From assembly GCA_965644265.1 (NCBI GenBank), contig OZ286461.1:29822001-29886000 (forward strand): a DNA stretch of 64,000 nt, read 5' to 3'. The DNA is from Glycera tridactyla. Lineage: Eukaryota. Numbering within the stretch: position 1 is the first letter of the stretch; each line of letters starts with the position of its first letter. The notes beneath the pieces are model-generated. The model did no database searches and had not been told where the DNA came from. It saw nothing but the letters and a program-made list of their open reading frames with translations. Below are positions 11,009-24,500 of this stretch, piece by piece. A program made the translations under genes and the position numbers.

Positions 11009-12819
11009 TTGGTAGTGGTGGTCATGATGATGGTGATCATTGTGGTGGTAATGATGGTGCCAAGGTTTGTAGGGCAGTAACAGTGATGGCCATGGTGGTG
11101 ATGTAGTCTCAGCATTGTAGTTATGTGGTGGTTTGGTTGGGTTTGGTTGGAGTTCACTGCCCCGTATTAACCCAATGAATGCCATGTGACCTGATCCTTG
11201 AAAGTCGGATGCTCTGTCCCTACAGGCATCAAACCCATGAACCTAAACGTAAGATGATGCATGGGAAACTTGTGGTGATTCAGTGGTGGTCATTATGGAA
11301 GCCAGTGTCATCACCATGACAGTCTTGGTAATGGTAGTGATGGTGGGCGATATATCGATGATGTTGGTAGCGGTGGCTCGATGATGACAGTAGTGGTGCT
11401 TGTGGAGAAGGAGCATATGTTGCTGCTGCATGGTGGTGTTAGTGATGGTTGGTTTGGTTTGGTTTAATGTCAAGTCGGTGCCATATGGGCTATATTGTGA
11501 CGCCCATGCAATGGACATGGGTTGGATCATGCAAGACTCCTCCTCCTCTTGGGCCGCCAGCGTATGGACTTTTCACTACCAGTTCACCCTCACTCCTGTC
11601 TGATCATTTCATACCACCGGTTAGGTCCATTGCACATGGTTGGTCATTTCACGCCCATTGCTTGTCGTATCACCCCTATCCTGGTGAGATGCCTTGGATA
11701 CTTGGATAATATGATGAAAATGCATGGGATGATTACATCTGATCGGACTGACATATTGATGAAAATACATGGGATGAATACATCTGACTAAACTGGCATA
11801 TCAAATACCATTCAACCAATATCCCCATCGCGCATATTCATCACTCACTTGGCATTGTTGACGATGTTGTGTTAATTCTCATCACTCATCACCACAATAG
11901 ATGTGGTCCAGATTAGATTGGCGTCAGATTCTTTATTTGTGTGATCAAAGAAGTGTTAATTTTTGTTGTTATCATTATTATTTCTTCTATAATTATCATC
12001 ATTTTTCTCAAGCTCAAAGTCAATATTTTTCCAAAAATGTCAACTGGTAATGATGATATATGCATAATCTATCATCATCCCGCTTAAAATGTTGCAAAAA
12101 GTGGGTGATTATGTGATAAAATGGCTTTAATGAGAACGGGGACCTACTTACATACAATTATTATCAATTTTTCATGCTCCAGGTCAATATTTTTCTAGAA
12201 AAAGTCAGTTGGTAATGATGAGATACGCATAACCTTTCATCCCCCACTCACAATATTGCAAAATGTGAGTGATTATGTCAATAGAGTGTAGCATGAATAA
12301 CTTTATTTTGCTATAAGTGGGGGTGAAAAATGGGGGTCAAATGTCTATGAGAGATGGGGCTGAAATGACCAGGAAGGAGTGGGGTGAACTGGCACTGGGG
12401 ATGAAACGTCCTGATACCCCGCTGTCCAGTGGAAGGTTAAAATTCACAGACAATAAAGGTGTCATTTCTGTTATTATAAATGTTGACCCAAAATGTTACC
12501 CTTTGAGCACGAGAGGGACCAACGGCGGTGGTGTACGTGGTGGTGGTGTAGTGGTGCCCTATGATAAATCTGGCGTTGCCATTATTGTCGCCCGCCCTGG
12601 AGGCGGGCGATCTATAATACGGGGTTGATTCGGGCACAAGGGCGCGGCCATCACACATGGAGCTGGAGGCAGCAGTGGGCTGCACCAGTGCAGTCCCCCT
12701 GGCTCTTTCAGCACAGGGGGCTGCAGCCTCGATGATTAAGGCCAGGAGGCAGTAGGACTATCCTCTGAGATAGATATTATGGTGGAGCAGTCTTGCTGAC
12801 TCTCCTGAATGGAGTAAAC

Positions 12820-13367
12820 TAGTAGATGAATGGATGGGAGGATGAATGAATGGATGGTTGGATGGGAGAACGGATGGATGGATGGATGGATGGGAGAATG
12901 GGTGGATGGGAGAATGGATAGACGGAAGAATGGATGTGTGGAAGGATGGAAGAAAGGGAGGACGGGAGTGAAGGAAGGAATGAAGGATGGGTAGATGTAT
13001 GGATGAATGGATAGATGGAAGGAAGAAAGGGTGGATTGATGGATGGATGGATGGATGGATGGATTGAAGGAAGNNNNNNNNNNNNNNNNNNNNNNNNNNN
13101 NNNNNNNNNNNNNNNNNNNNNNNNNNNNNNNNNNNNNNNNNNNNNNNNNNNNNNNNNNNNNNNNNNNNNNNNNNNNNNNNNNNNNNNNNNNNNNNNNNNN
13201 NNNNNNNNNNNNNNNNNNNNNNNNNNNNNNNNNNNNNNNNNNNNNNNNNNNNNNNNNGATGGGTGTATGGATGGAGAGAAGCTTCTTTTCAGTCATATGG
13301 CTGAACCAGCAACCGCCTTTGAGCAGTGGCTGCCCCTGATAGATAAACGCCATATAAATGCCACATA

Positions 13368-13403
<36 letters not shown>

Positions 13404-13800
13404 CATATTATCATTATTATCATTATCATCATCATCATTATTATAGATGGGACAATGGATGTATGGAAGGAAGAAAGGATGGGCGGGTGGATGGATGGAT
13501 GGATGGATGGATGAATTGGAGAAAGGAAGGAAGGAAGGAAGGAAGGATGGGTGGATGAACAAATGGATGAAGGGAGAGAAGAAAGGATGAATTGATGGAT
13601 GGAAGAATGGATGGATGGGAGGATGGGTGGATGAATGAATGGATGGATGGGGTGAGGAAGGGGGAAGGAAGCAAGGAAGGAAAGAAGAAAGGATGGACAG
13701 ATGGATGGAATAAAGGATGGGTGGATAAATGGATGGGAGAATGGATGGATGGAAGAAAGAAAGAATGGATGGATAGATGGATTGAAGGAAGGGGTGAAGG
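12820..13800. repeat. (GGAT/GGAA)n simple repeats spanning N-gap 13074-13257, with (ATT)n at about 13370-13440
   Basis: Direct reading; similar tracts at 26690-26860, 36580-37140 and 54820-54960. Confidence 0.95.
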
Positions 13801-14089
13801 AAGTAAGCTGAAGAACTCTTTTCTTCATTCTAGCAGGAATATGTATTTTTGCGGGCGAATATGATGCCTTGCATCATGTTGTTCTTGTCGTGTCTTATCT
13901 GGCATTGACATTTTCGTGTCTCGCCCTCTGTGGCGGTGTGTTAGGGAACCTGCAGCCTGTTCAGTTGAACTTAACAGGGAGAACGTTCGCCAAATCCCCT
14001 ATCAAATATTCGTTATCTCAAGTGTGTCAGCAAAGAACGGGGACCCTGTTTCCGTTACAAAACGTCAGCTGAAACTGGACACCCTGCAG

Positions 14090-14239
14090 ATATCTAACTC
14101 ACTACTACTAACCAGCGTGACAGTTCCCGTACACTGTCTATCATGAGTTCAAGGGCCGGCGGACTTATAGGAGGTCGTTAGATCTATTTGTGGGTGTGAC
14201 CTGACGGACTGTGGCAGCGACACTCCACCTACTGTATGT
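14090..14239 (+). other. Candidate non-coding 5' exon of the quinone oxidoreductase gene
   Basis: Strong donor GT|GTAAGT at 14240, CpG-richer context, no in-frame ATG; the 5' boundary is a guess. Confidence 0.35.
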
Positions 14240-15084
14240 GTAAGTGACTCAGTCAGTGTACCTAAACGGCAAGTGCAGACACTCGGTGCGTTAAATCATA
14301 TTCTATCCTTGTTTTGATTGCATGCATGGTTCCTAAACAGACTCCGAATACAAATGTCATGATCTGCATGAGTTGGGCATCGTTGTTTTGTTGCTTATGT
14401 TCTAATATTAATAATATACCGTACTCGGCATATGTTTGTGATATCGTGGGCATAGATCAGTTCATCTGGTGTTGGAGGGGTGGAAGGTCACCTGTCACTC
14501 ACTCACTACCTGTGCCTCGCTCGCCAGGTGCACCTCGTCCAGGGAAATCGTGGCCACTGTCGACGTCGTCGCCGCCACCCCCGTCGCTTACGTCTATGTC
14601 GTCATCATCGTAATTGCCGGCGCTACCTCATCACCACCGCCGCCGCCACCTTCACCACACCCACTTCCACAGTCATCCCACAAGATACAACAAGAGCGCC
14701 ACTGCACACTTTGCAGAATTTGCTAGATCAACTTTCTCTAATACATGCATTCCCACGCATGAATAAATATTAAATGTACACAATGGAACATCAGTCTTGC
14801 ATTACACACAGTGAATATCAACCGTTGGTTCTGAGTGCATGTACACAGTGGCTGGCTTGCTGGCTGGCAGGCAATTCCACTTCACAGGAAATTTCCTGTT
14901 AATCATAAAAAGCCGGGAATCAAAACCTTCGGGAATCCAAATGAAAGTTACAAATCTGTTGGTTTTGGATGGTATTCCATCATTTTCACTATGCTTCTAA
15001 TGTGTAAACACATTCAGAAATGACCAGATAGTCGTGAATGCAACAATCTTCTTGCCCCATGGTGTACTAGTGTGTCCTTGGGTG

Positions 15085-15329
15085 TCAGCTTCCAGACAGT
15101 TACACAGTTAGATATAGCCATCATCATCTTCATGATGCTCATGTTAGTAGGGTAGAGGTGTGTCTGAACAGTCTGCTACTTCCACTTGACAACCTTTCTG
15201 GTTCCTCATCATCTTGTGTTCTGGGTTTGTGAGACTGATGCCTGCAAGGAACAAAAAATTCAGCTCTCATTGACCAGGAACACACAGCATACATACTCAT
15301 CTGGGTTGATACCTGCCATAAACCTCAAA
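15085..15329 (+). mobile_element. Retroposon family A copy (5'-truncated)
   Basis: CTACTTCCACTTGACAACCTTTC...GACCAGGAACACAC...AAACCTCAAA. Confidence 0.75.
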
Positions 15330-15487
15330 TTTCAAATGAAATGTTTGTGATGATGGACAATATTAAAACACTGGAAGTTTCACTATGAAATGTATTCCGT
15401 GGTTGAAGACAAATATGCATTTGATGATTTCAGAATATTGGTTTGACTGATGCTGGATCTATAGGTCAACATTTGGATGAAACAGTC

Positions 15488-15555
15488 ATGTCACTGATGA
15501 AATCTCTTCTGGCATTCAAAACTCCTCCTGAGGTTCTCCTTCGGCAAGCTGCCAG
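15488..15555 (+). CDS. QOR-like exon 1 (MSLMKSLLAFKTPPEVLLRQAA, presequence-like)
   Basis: GTCATG start; phase-2 donor AG|GTCAGT matches the phase-2 acceptor at 16972. Confidence 0.65.
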
Positions 15556-18500
15556 GTCAGTATCTATTCTGGAATTAAGGGTCTCACATTGTGAACCTGC
15601 GACGATGACAACCACAAAATAAGTGGTCTTCCACATGGAGATGGACACTCAACAGAGTATGCAGTCTAACCTGTCTACAAGGACCACTCTTGGTTACATA
15701 AGTTAGTGGACTTTTTAGACAGGTGTCCTTTGTCGATGGGTTGTTAATTATAGGAAATACCCAGCATCATGCTGCATTATGACTCACGATTTATCTTGCA
15801 GGGATGTGATTGTTCCGCGGATCTGTGGATTTCCATATTTTTACAAGCCATGCCCATGACAGCAAAGACCATTCACTGCTGGCTGATTATTTTGGCTTTT
15901 AGATCATGAAAATCGGACCAGGAATAGTGGAGATAGAGAACAATGTTTGTATGGACTTCTAGCAGCCTGTGGTCACCAGTTTGGGTTCGTTGATCCAATA
16001 AAATCATAGTATAAGTGCTCTTGGTCAGGTTTTCAGTGTTTTCAGTTGTGATCCAATCACATCCCTGCTCTTGGGATATATTATGAGATAACAACATGAT
16101 ACCCCTCCACACCTGAGACATAACCCTGCCTATCACATGTTGGTGAATTCCAATTTTTAGAGGAAATTTAAACAGGCTTGAGATACCACCTCTATATAAA
16201 TGCTACCTGCCTACAAAGGTCACCCTGACCTCTGACTGTGATAGTATTTTCTACAGTGAAGAACTCTATACAAAGTACAGTATTTGGCACGACCATGGGT
16301 GGTCTTTTCAGACAAATCTAGTAGTTGGTCAACTATCCTGAGACTATTTGACTCCAGATGGAAGTGAGTGAGTTAGTGAGTGAGTGAGTGAGTGAGTGAG
16401 TGAGTGAGTGAGTGAGTGAGTGAGTGAGTGAGTAAAGTGAGAGTGAGTGAGTGAGTGAATGTGAGAGTGAGTGAGTTGGTGAGTTGGTGAAGGAGAGATA
16501 GAGAGACATGGGATGGGAGGGAGTTTATTTTCTCATCACACATACATTCAAACTTGTTATAAACAACCACCCTCTGGGAAGGCAGAAAGTGCCTGCTTAG
16601 GACAAGTGAATTATCGTGGAAAAACCTCTGGTTGGAAATTGAAAAGTGGCTGCTTGAGGCAGGTGGTTACTTAGTACACCCAGTTGCTTAGGACAGGTTG
16701 GACTTTAGTTGTACAAGTGCAAAGGTGCTGATATGTTTCATAGTCAGATCCATGAAACCAAAATGATTCAGTCGAACCTCTTCTAAAGACCACCTCTCTA
16801 TAATGACCACCCTGAGCCACGACGATAGTAGTATTTTCAACAGTGAATGATCTCTCTATAAAGACCACCTCCCCATAATGGCCACTTTTTATGCAACCAA
16901 AGACAGTCTTTATAGAGAGGTTTAACTGTAATATATATGTGGTAAAATATAATGTTTCTCATTGTTTTCAGGAATGATGCCCTGAGAAATCAAATGCTTG
17001 AGTTCCGGCCCACAGTTGCACGGATGTCCACATATAGAGCTGCTGTCTGTACTGAATTAAACAAGCCACTTCAGATTCAGGATGTTCCACGAGCTGATGG
17101 TGGACTCAGTAAAGGTCAGGTAAGTAAATGGAATCTTTTGAAGGTGAAACAGGCCGGTTTATAAATTGGTGATGGCCAATCATAATATGATATGATCCAT
17201 GATATTCCTGACCATGGGTCATCAGGTAAATTTGAGAAAATATGATGGTTTTTGTATCATTGACTGTTCTTGCCCAGACCTTTGTCATGACCAAGTTTTT
17301 TAATTTTGTCATTTAGTCCTGCAACTCTTTGTAACATCATCTGGCACTGATGACACCACCACTGGACATGATCCTTTATTTGTTAATGCAGTTCAGTCAA
17401 ACCTGTCCATAAGGCAACCTTTGATTGCAGCAGGTGGCCTTGATAAAGAGGTCATTTATTGTTGAAAATATTAGTCACAGCTCAGGGTGGTCTTTATAGA
17501 CAGGTGGCCTTTATAGAGAGGTGGCCTTAATAAAGCGGTCATTTATTGTTGAAAATACTACAGGCACAGCTCAGGGTGGTTTCTATAGGCAGCTGGACTT
17601 TATAGGGAGGTGGTTTCTTGAGTAGGTTTAATTGTATGGTTCATATGGGCTTGACCAAACAAGTGGGACACCTCAGGAACATATACTGACTGGAAGCTAT
17701 GAGTAGTAATGAAATTCCATTTCCACTCAGATTTGTTGCATACGGATATATTACTAGAGATGTCCCCATTATTGGAATTGACTTTGTTATCTCATGCTTC
17801 AGATGCGGGTTGCGGTCGCCAGTGTTGCTATACAGTTTGCCGACCTGCTGATGTTGAAAGGCCAGTATCAAGAGAAGCCACCGCTACCATTCATACCAGG
17901 TGAATATAGGATGATTAAATCAATTCCTCATTCAAACTGGTCAGTTGTCTCTGGTCTGCCAGAAGAGTAACAAGTAATATAATTGGAATGGGACCAGTGT
18001 ATGAATTAGATGTTGTAACACTCATTGAAAACTTGGCATNNNNNNNNNNNNNNNNNNNNNNNNNNNNNNNNNNNNNNNNNNNNNNNNNNNNNNNNNNNNN
18101 NNNNNNNNNNNNNNNNNNNNNNNNNNNNNNNNNNNNNNNNNNNNNNNNNNNNNNNNNNNNNNNNNNNNNNNNNNNNNNNNNNNNNNNNNNNNNNNNNNNN
18201 NNNNNNNNNNNNNNCACTAGGCACCTTTCCTATTTGAAACAGTCAAATATACCTCCGACGATAGACCACCTCGTTTGAGAGACCACTTTTTGGTGACATT
18301 TAGCATGGTCTCTCATCACAGGTTTCTCTACCAATGCTTATGGAATTATTCATTTACAATCATGGCAGCCATTAGTGGGACATGGTATTGTACGGTGAGC
18401 CAGAGGCTGATCTCCAGCCAGTCACTAACACTGTCTTCTGAACATATTCATGCTGTAATCATCACACTACATCAAGTAGAATACATGGATCAAAGTTTCG

Positions 18501-21500
18501 GAATGCTCAGGTGATATTCATTACAGGTTCTGAGTTCACGGGCAAGGTCATTGAGGTCAGTCCAGATGTCAAACAGTTCAAGACCGGCGACAAGGTTATC
18601 GCAATCAGTACTAGAATGGGTGGATTTGCTGAAGAGACTGTAATTTCAGCGAAGGTCAGTCAATATTTTGTTATGCAGATTTTCTTAATGTACTGCCATT
18701 TGTTTTGGAATGATAGGTTCTAATGTGGATACTTTTGAGTATTTATCATTTTACTTACTCTTGTGATGAATTTGTATTGTTGAGGAATTTTAGAGCTGTT
18801 GTTGTGTTTAAAAAAAGTATTTTGAATAGTATGAATGAATTAATGTTGAATATGATGATGAGATGTAATGTACTATAGCCATAGTGACAGATGTGGACCA
18901 GAGATGGCTGAAGCAGAAATTCCGGGTAGGTTTATAAAAGCCAGCCCATTACTGGCTATTCACTAATGTCATCAAGCCAGTTACATAGTTAGATATGCCA
19001 TCATTAGATTCAGTTTGTTCACGAGGAGTAGGTAGAGGTTCGTCGTAACAGTCAGCTACTTCCACTTGACAACCTTTCAGGTTCCCTATCATCTTGTGTT
19101 CAGGGATTGTGAGAGAGATGTCTGCAGGGGAGAGAACATCTAGCTTTGATTGACCAGGAACACACGGCATACATAACCCTCGGGTTGATAATGCCGTTAA
19201 ATCTCAAACGAACAGAAAATTCACTAATCTTAATGCTCAGTGTGGAGCCCGGTTTGATGACCTTAGTGCCTTGGTGAAATAAATTGTAGGAAGGGTGTAT
19301 TGAGCCAGATCATAGTGCTTGTGGGAAATGAAATGTAGGAAGGGGTCTTTTGAGCCAGACCTTTGTGAAATGAGCTGTAGGTTGAGATAAATTGCGCCAG
19401 AACCAATACAGGAAAGGTTTTTTTTGATAACAAGCAGCTTCATTGGATGACTGCTGTCATATGACCCGATAATCTTTGCCGATAACATACTTCAGTGAAG
19501 ATTGAAATCATTATTCTGTCAAACCTCTTTATAAAGTCCCCCTTTAGTCACATAAAAAAGTGGCCTTTATATCAAGGTGGTCTATATCGAGAGGTCATTT
19601 ACTGTTGAAAATACTACCACGGTCGCAGCTCAGGGTGGCCTTTATGGAGAGGTGGTCTTTATAGAGAGGTGGTCTTTAGAGGAGGTCCGACTTTACTAAC
19701 CTGACAGGATATAAAGTCGTGATGCACTTATAATCATCAGGAGGGTAGCAGACTCAACTATTGCATCATTTGGGAATTGGGTCATTCTTACCAAGTGGCA
19801 CCACTGGCATCATATTCATGCCAATCTTTGCTCTAAATTCTGCAAGGGTGGCCCCAGATTCTAATCTGCATTCCTTGATTTCTTGTTTCATATTTTGCAA
19901 AATACGAAACTGAGAAATCAATTATTATACCCCCCCAAACGAAGTTAGGGGGGGTCTACTGGAATCACCCCGTCCAACTGTCCGTCTCTCCGTCTGTCCG
20001 TCTGTCTGTCTGTCCGTCTGTCTGTAGACGGAGTCGTTTCCGGATGATATCTCAAGTTTGCCTTCACTCATTAATTTCATATTACATACACACATCACCC
20101 ATATAGAGAGGAGGAACCCTATTGTTTTTGGTGTCACTAGGTCAAAGGTCAAGGTCACAGGAGGTCATTTCATGAGAAATCACATCTTCGGCTCCTCTGA
20201 CCTCAATTTTTGAGTAATTGCTTTCATATTTGGTATGTGAACAGTGTGTCAGTATCTATTTCACATAGGTTCCGGGTTTTATGATGCAATTGTTATTTTT
20301 GGCGTCATAGGGCTGAATGTTAAGGTCACTAATACAACCCATGTATGTACAAGCTGCCAGTGTGTAGGCAGAATGGTTTCCGGATGATTTCTCAAGTTTG
20401 CCTCGCCTTATTGATTCCATATTACAGGGACACATTACCCATACTAAGAAAAAGTACCCTATTGATTTTGCTGTCAGTAGGTCAAAGGTCAAGGTCACGG
20501 GAGGTCACATCACTGGAAATCACATTTTCGGCTCCCCTGACCTCAATTGTTGAGCAATCGCTTTGATATTTGGTATGTGAACAGTGTGTTGCTATCTATC
20601 CCACATAAGTTCCGGGTTTCATGATGCGATTGTTACTATTGGCGTCATCACAACCCATGTATCTATAAGCTGCCTGTGTGTAGGCAAATGGTTTCCGGAT
20701 GATATCTTGAGTTTGCCTTCCCTTATTGATTTCATATTGCAGGCACACATCACCCATACTAAGCGAAAGAACCCACTCGATTTTGGTTTCACTAGGTCAA
20801 AGGTCAAGGTCACAGGAGGTCACTTTACTGGAAATCACATTTTCGGCTCCCCTGACCTCAATTCTTGAGCAATTGCTTTGATATTCGGTATGTAAACAGT
20901 GTGACGCTATCGATTTCAAATAACTCCCGGGTTTTATGATGCAATTGTTACTTTTGGCGTCATGAGGCTGAATGTCAAGGTCACTGGCACAATTCGCCTT
21001 CATCGATAGCGGCGAGGGGGGTATTAATTTGCCTCTGGCAATAGCTCTAGTTTGTACTGATGATAGTAATTACTATTTTTGGCTTTTTCCAGGAATGTAT
21101 GCCGCTTCCTGAAGGCGTCGATGCCAGTAAGGCTGCTGCATTGCTTGTTTCCTATGGCACAGCATATATGGCACTAAAAAATCGGGCCCAGATCAAAGAA
21201 GGGTAAGAAGGTTATTGAAAAGCAGTGAGAGTGTTTCCCATTATCACATGGATGTGACATTTTCAGTGAAGTATCAGGTAATGAGTATTGTTTGTGATAC
21301 TTCAAAGCTGGTTGAGAACTACTTTTTTGATGATTTCTTTTCTAATCCACGTGATGAAAGCAAGAATACATGGCCGTGACATAAAAACGCTATACCAAAC
21401 TCGGTGTGGATTTCGCTGGATGTTTCTCGGCCTTCGGCCTCGTTTTTACTTCACGGCTATTTATTCTTGCTATAATCTTAGTTGCTGAAGCTTATTCAAT

Positions 21501-24500
21501 ATGATGGAATCATCCAATCAAATCTGTCAACAAAGATCACCCCGGGTCTCATACAGTGCACCCACCAGGTCTTAATTCAGTAGGCCATATTGTGCATACA
21601 GTCAAACCTCCTCTCAAGACCACCTCTATATCAGACCACTTCTATCTAAAGACCACCCTGAGATGTGGCCATAGTAGTATTTTCAGCAGTAAATTACCTC
21701 TATAAAGACCACCTCCCAATAAAGGTCACTTTTTGATGCAACCCAAGGCGGTCTTTATAGAGAGTTTTGACTGTTTAATAGGAATTGGAGGATACATGTG
21801 CATCTTAAGGTACAGCTATTACTTGGCATGCTGCTCCGAGTATAACCTTTCATTCTCCTGACTGATCCTCTCCAGGATATCTCATCAGTCTTCATGAAAA
21901 ACTTTTTCAGGCACTCTCCCATCAGGAAAACAGCTTGAAATAATCACTCTCCCGAAAATCAATCTACTCTCCCGTACTCATGTATGATCAAACAGGAAAA
22001 CAAGCTGAAACTAGGCTATCTTGAGGCCAAGAGGTTTGTGCATATAGACGCTTAATTAAGATGTGAATTCTAACTTGACCTATACCATTCGAGTGACTAC
22101 CAAGTCACAACAAGCCATGATTTGCTGAGGTTGGTTCTTCAGAATCATATCTATGCAGGCATATGCTAAGTCATCTAATGGAGACTAGGGTTTGAATCCA
22201 TCGCTTTCCCATGTTATGAAAAATTTACACTCTCCCGTAGGGAGAGTCAGTTTGGTCGTTTCACTCTCCCGAAATCAAATACACTCTCCCCAGATTCGGG
22301 AGCATGGCTAAATTCGATGACTGTCTCATATTCATGAGATATGGGAAGTGGGGGAGACCTCGATTAGAGAATGAACATGAACTGCAATGTCGTCAAGGAG
22401 CGAGATCGGTGCAGTCAATCTGGTTCTCAACCAAATAGCATTGTTCACCATTGCAAGCTGTGCTCTTGCTGGGATTATGGATTGCTTTGTCCATGCAGTT
22501 AATTCCGTGTTTGTGATTGTATGCTCCTCAGTAATCTGAAGAAGGCCCAAGCTTGAACAAGCCTGTCAAGGAATTTCATCATTTAGGTGAGAGAACATGT
22601 TAAGGGTGTCAGACTCGAAATAACTACATTTACATTATTTTTTTCTCAAATATTCATTTTTACAAACGGCTTGAACAAGAGTATATGACCGGATGGTCAA
22701 CTGGATCTCTGGGTGTCTGTGTGGGGAGTGGATCATGCTCCTGGCTGTGGTGTGTGGCCACTTCTTTTGGAATGGTCCACATAGCTCAGCTTTCAAGTCA
22801 GCTTGCTCCTCCGCAGGCTAGGCGGTTGGTGCCATGCTGGAGATCCCTGGTTCAAATCCACGAGAAATTGGATAATTTCTGAAAATGTGAATTGTACGTT
22901 TCAATGGTATATTGTGAAACATAGTTTCATCAAATTTTCATGCTTTTCTCATTGTAGGGAGACAGTGCTGGTGACTGCTGCTGCAGGTGCAACAGGGCTG
23001 GCTGCTATTGATCTTGCCACCAATGTATTCAAAGCTAAGGTAAAGTCTGTCAAGTTTAATCGTGGCAGGTACATTTTTCGCCCTAGTATCGCAAATTTGC
23101 TTCAAATTGAAATGAATCCCAGTGGCAGTCTTTGTTGGCATCTCTGGCGACTAGGGATGTAACATTGACGAGGTTCCCTTGTTTCTTTCACCCTAGAATG
23201 CCAAATATGTTGATTTCATGCTGGCTTCACGGTGAGTGCAGCTGTATCACCGATGTTTCATATATACAAATCCGCCGATAATGCCGGCGGATTCGCTGAA
23301 AAAATGCAATGAAATTATGGCATGGTCTCTTCAGAGGCATGCAAATAAGCTGAAACCAGATTCAATGATCGCCCAGAAGGTCTATATATTCCATTTGTGC
23401 CATTAAAACTGAAGTCGGACAGAAATTGGCGAATTTAGTGCCTGAAATGTACCCACCACATTTGGATTTGACAGAGTTTAGTATGATGTATGGATTCCTT
23501 ATGATACAGGGAACCTGAGAAAGTGGTCACCAGGCAGGAGTGTTCTCTTATTGCGGTTTTCACATCACAGGTTTCACTGTACTTATACCGTGATACATGC
23601 AACTCGTCAGAGGTATAATTGTCTATGTCAAATCGAGACGTTGCCATGTGGAAGTGGTCTCCCATCAGAGGTGGTTCCTCATCAGGGAGTCTCTCATCGC
23701 AGGTATCATTGTACTTGCATAATCATACAAGCACATTAACATGATTGCATGCAGATTTCATGCACACATATTGCTGGGTATATGTGCCGGGTATTGAAGC
23801 ATTAGCTGAATGCCATCTGCATCTATTTGGATCCAAATATGTGTACAGTCGAACCTCCTCTAAAGACCACCTCTCTATAAAGGCCACCCTGAGCTGTGAC
23901 CATAGTAGTATTTTCAACAATAAATGACCTCTCTATAAAGACCACCTCCCTATAAATGCCACTTTTTATGTGACCGAAGGCGGTCTTTATAGAGAGGTTT
24001 GACTACTTGCAAGACACTGATGTTAATGAATAAGATGCCGAATTATCTCAGTGATTGATCCAATTGACTTAACCAGACTGATCCAGAATGAATATATGGC
24101 ATATCATATGTGTGAATCTTGATCGATATCTCACTTCCTTTCATATGAAATCTCAGATTTGTTTCTATCAGTGATACATGGATGTACAGAAGAAACCTCC
24201 CCATGCTAAAGATTGTTTCTATCATTCCAGGTCATCGGTGCATGTGGTGGGCCCGAGAAATGTGCACTTGTGACACAGCGAGGTGCAATTGCTGCAATTG
24301 ACTACCACAAGGAGGATGTATCTGCGGCCTTGAAAGAGCTGACGGGTGGCAAGGGTGTGGATATTGTCTTTGACAATGTGGGTGGCAAACTTGCGATTGA
24401 CTGTGTGAAAAGGTGAGTTCTTTGAACAACTGTAAATTTCCTCAGTTCAAATTTATTACTCTCTCTCTCTCTCTCGTGGACAAACAAGAATCAAACGATT

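Noticed and set aside
9898-11530. His/Thr/Gly-rich ORFs
   Set aside because: Low-complexity (GGT/GAT)n tracts interleaved with SINE copies.
12736-13864. Long ORFs rich in HPSI/MDGW, and similar ones at 26299-26877, 36439-37251, 54619-54987 and 60620-60901
   Set aside because: Translations of (GGAT)n, (GACG)n and related microsatellites.
17915-18278. ORFs spanning N-gaps (also 37432-38053, 51213-51839, 55736-56269, 59773-60339)
   Set aside because: Length comes from X residues in assembly gaps.
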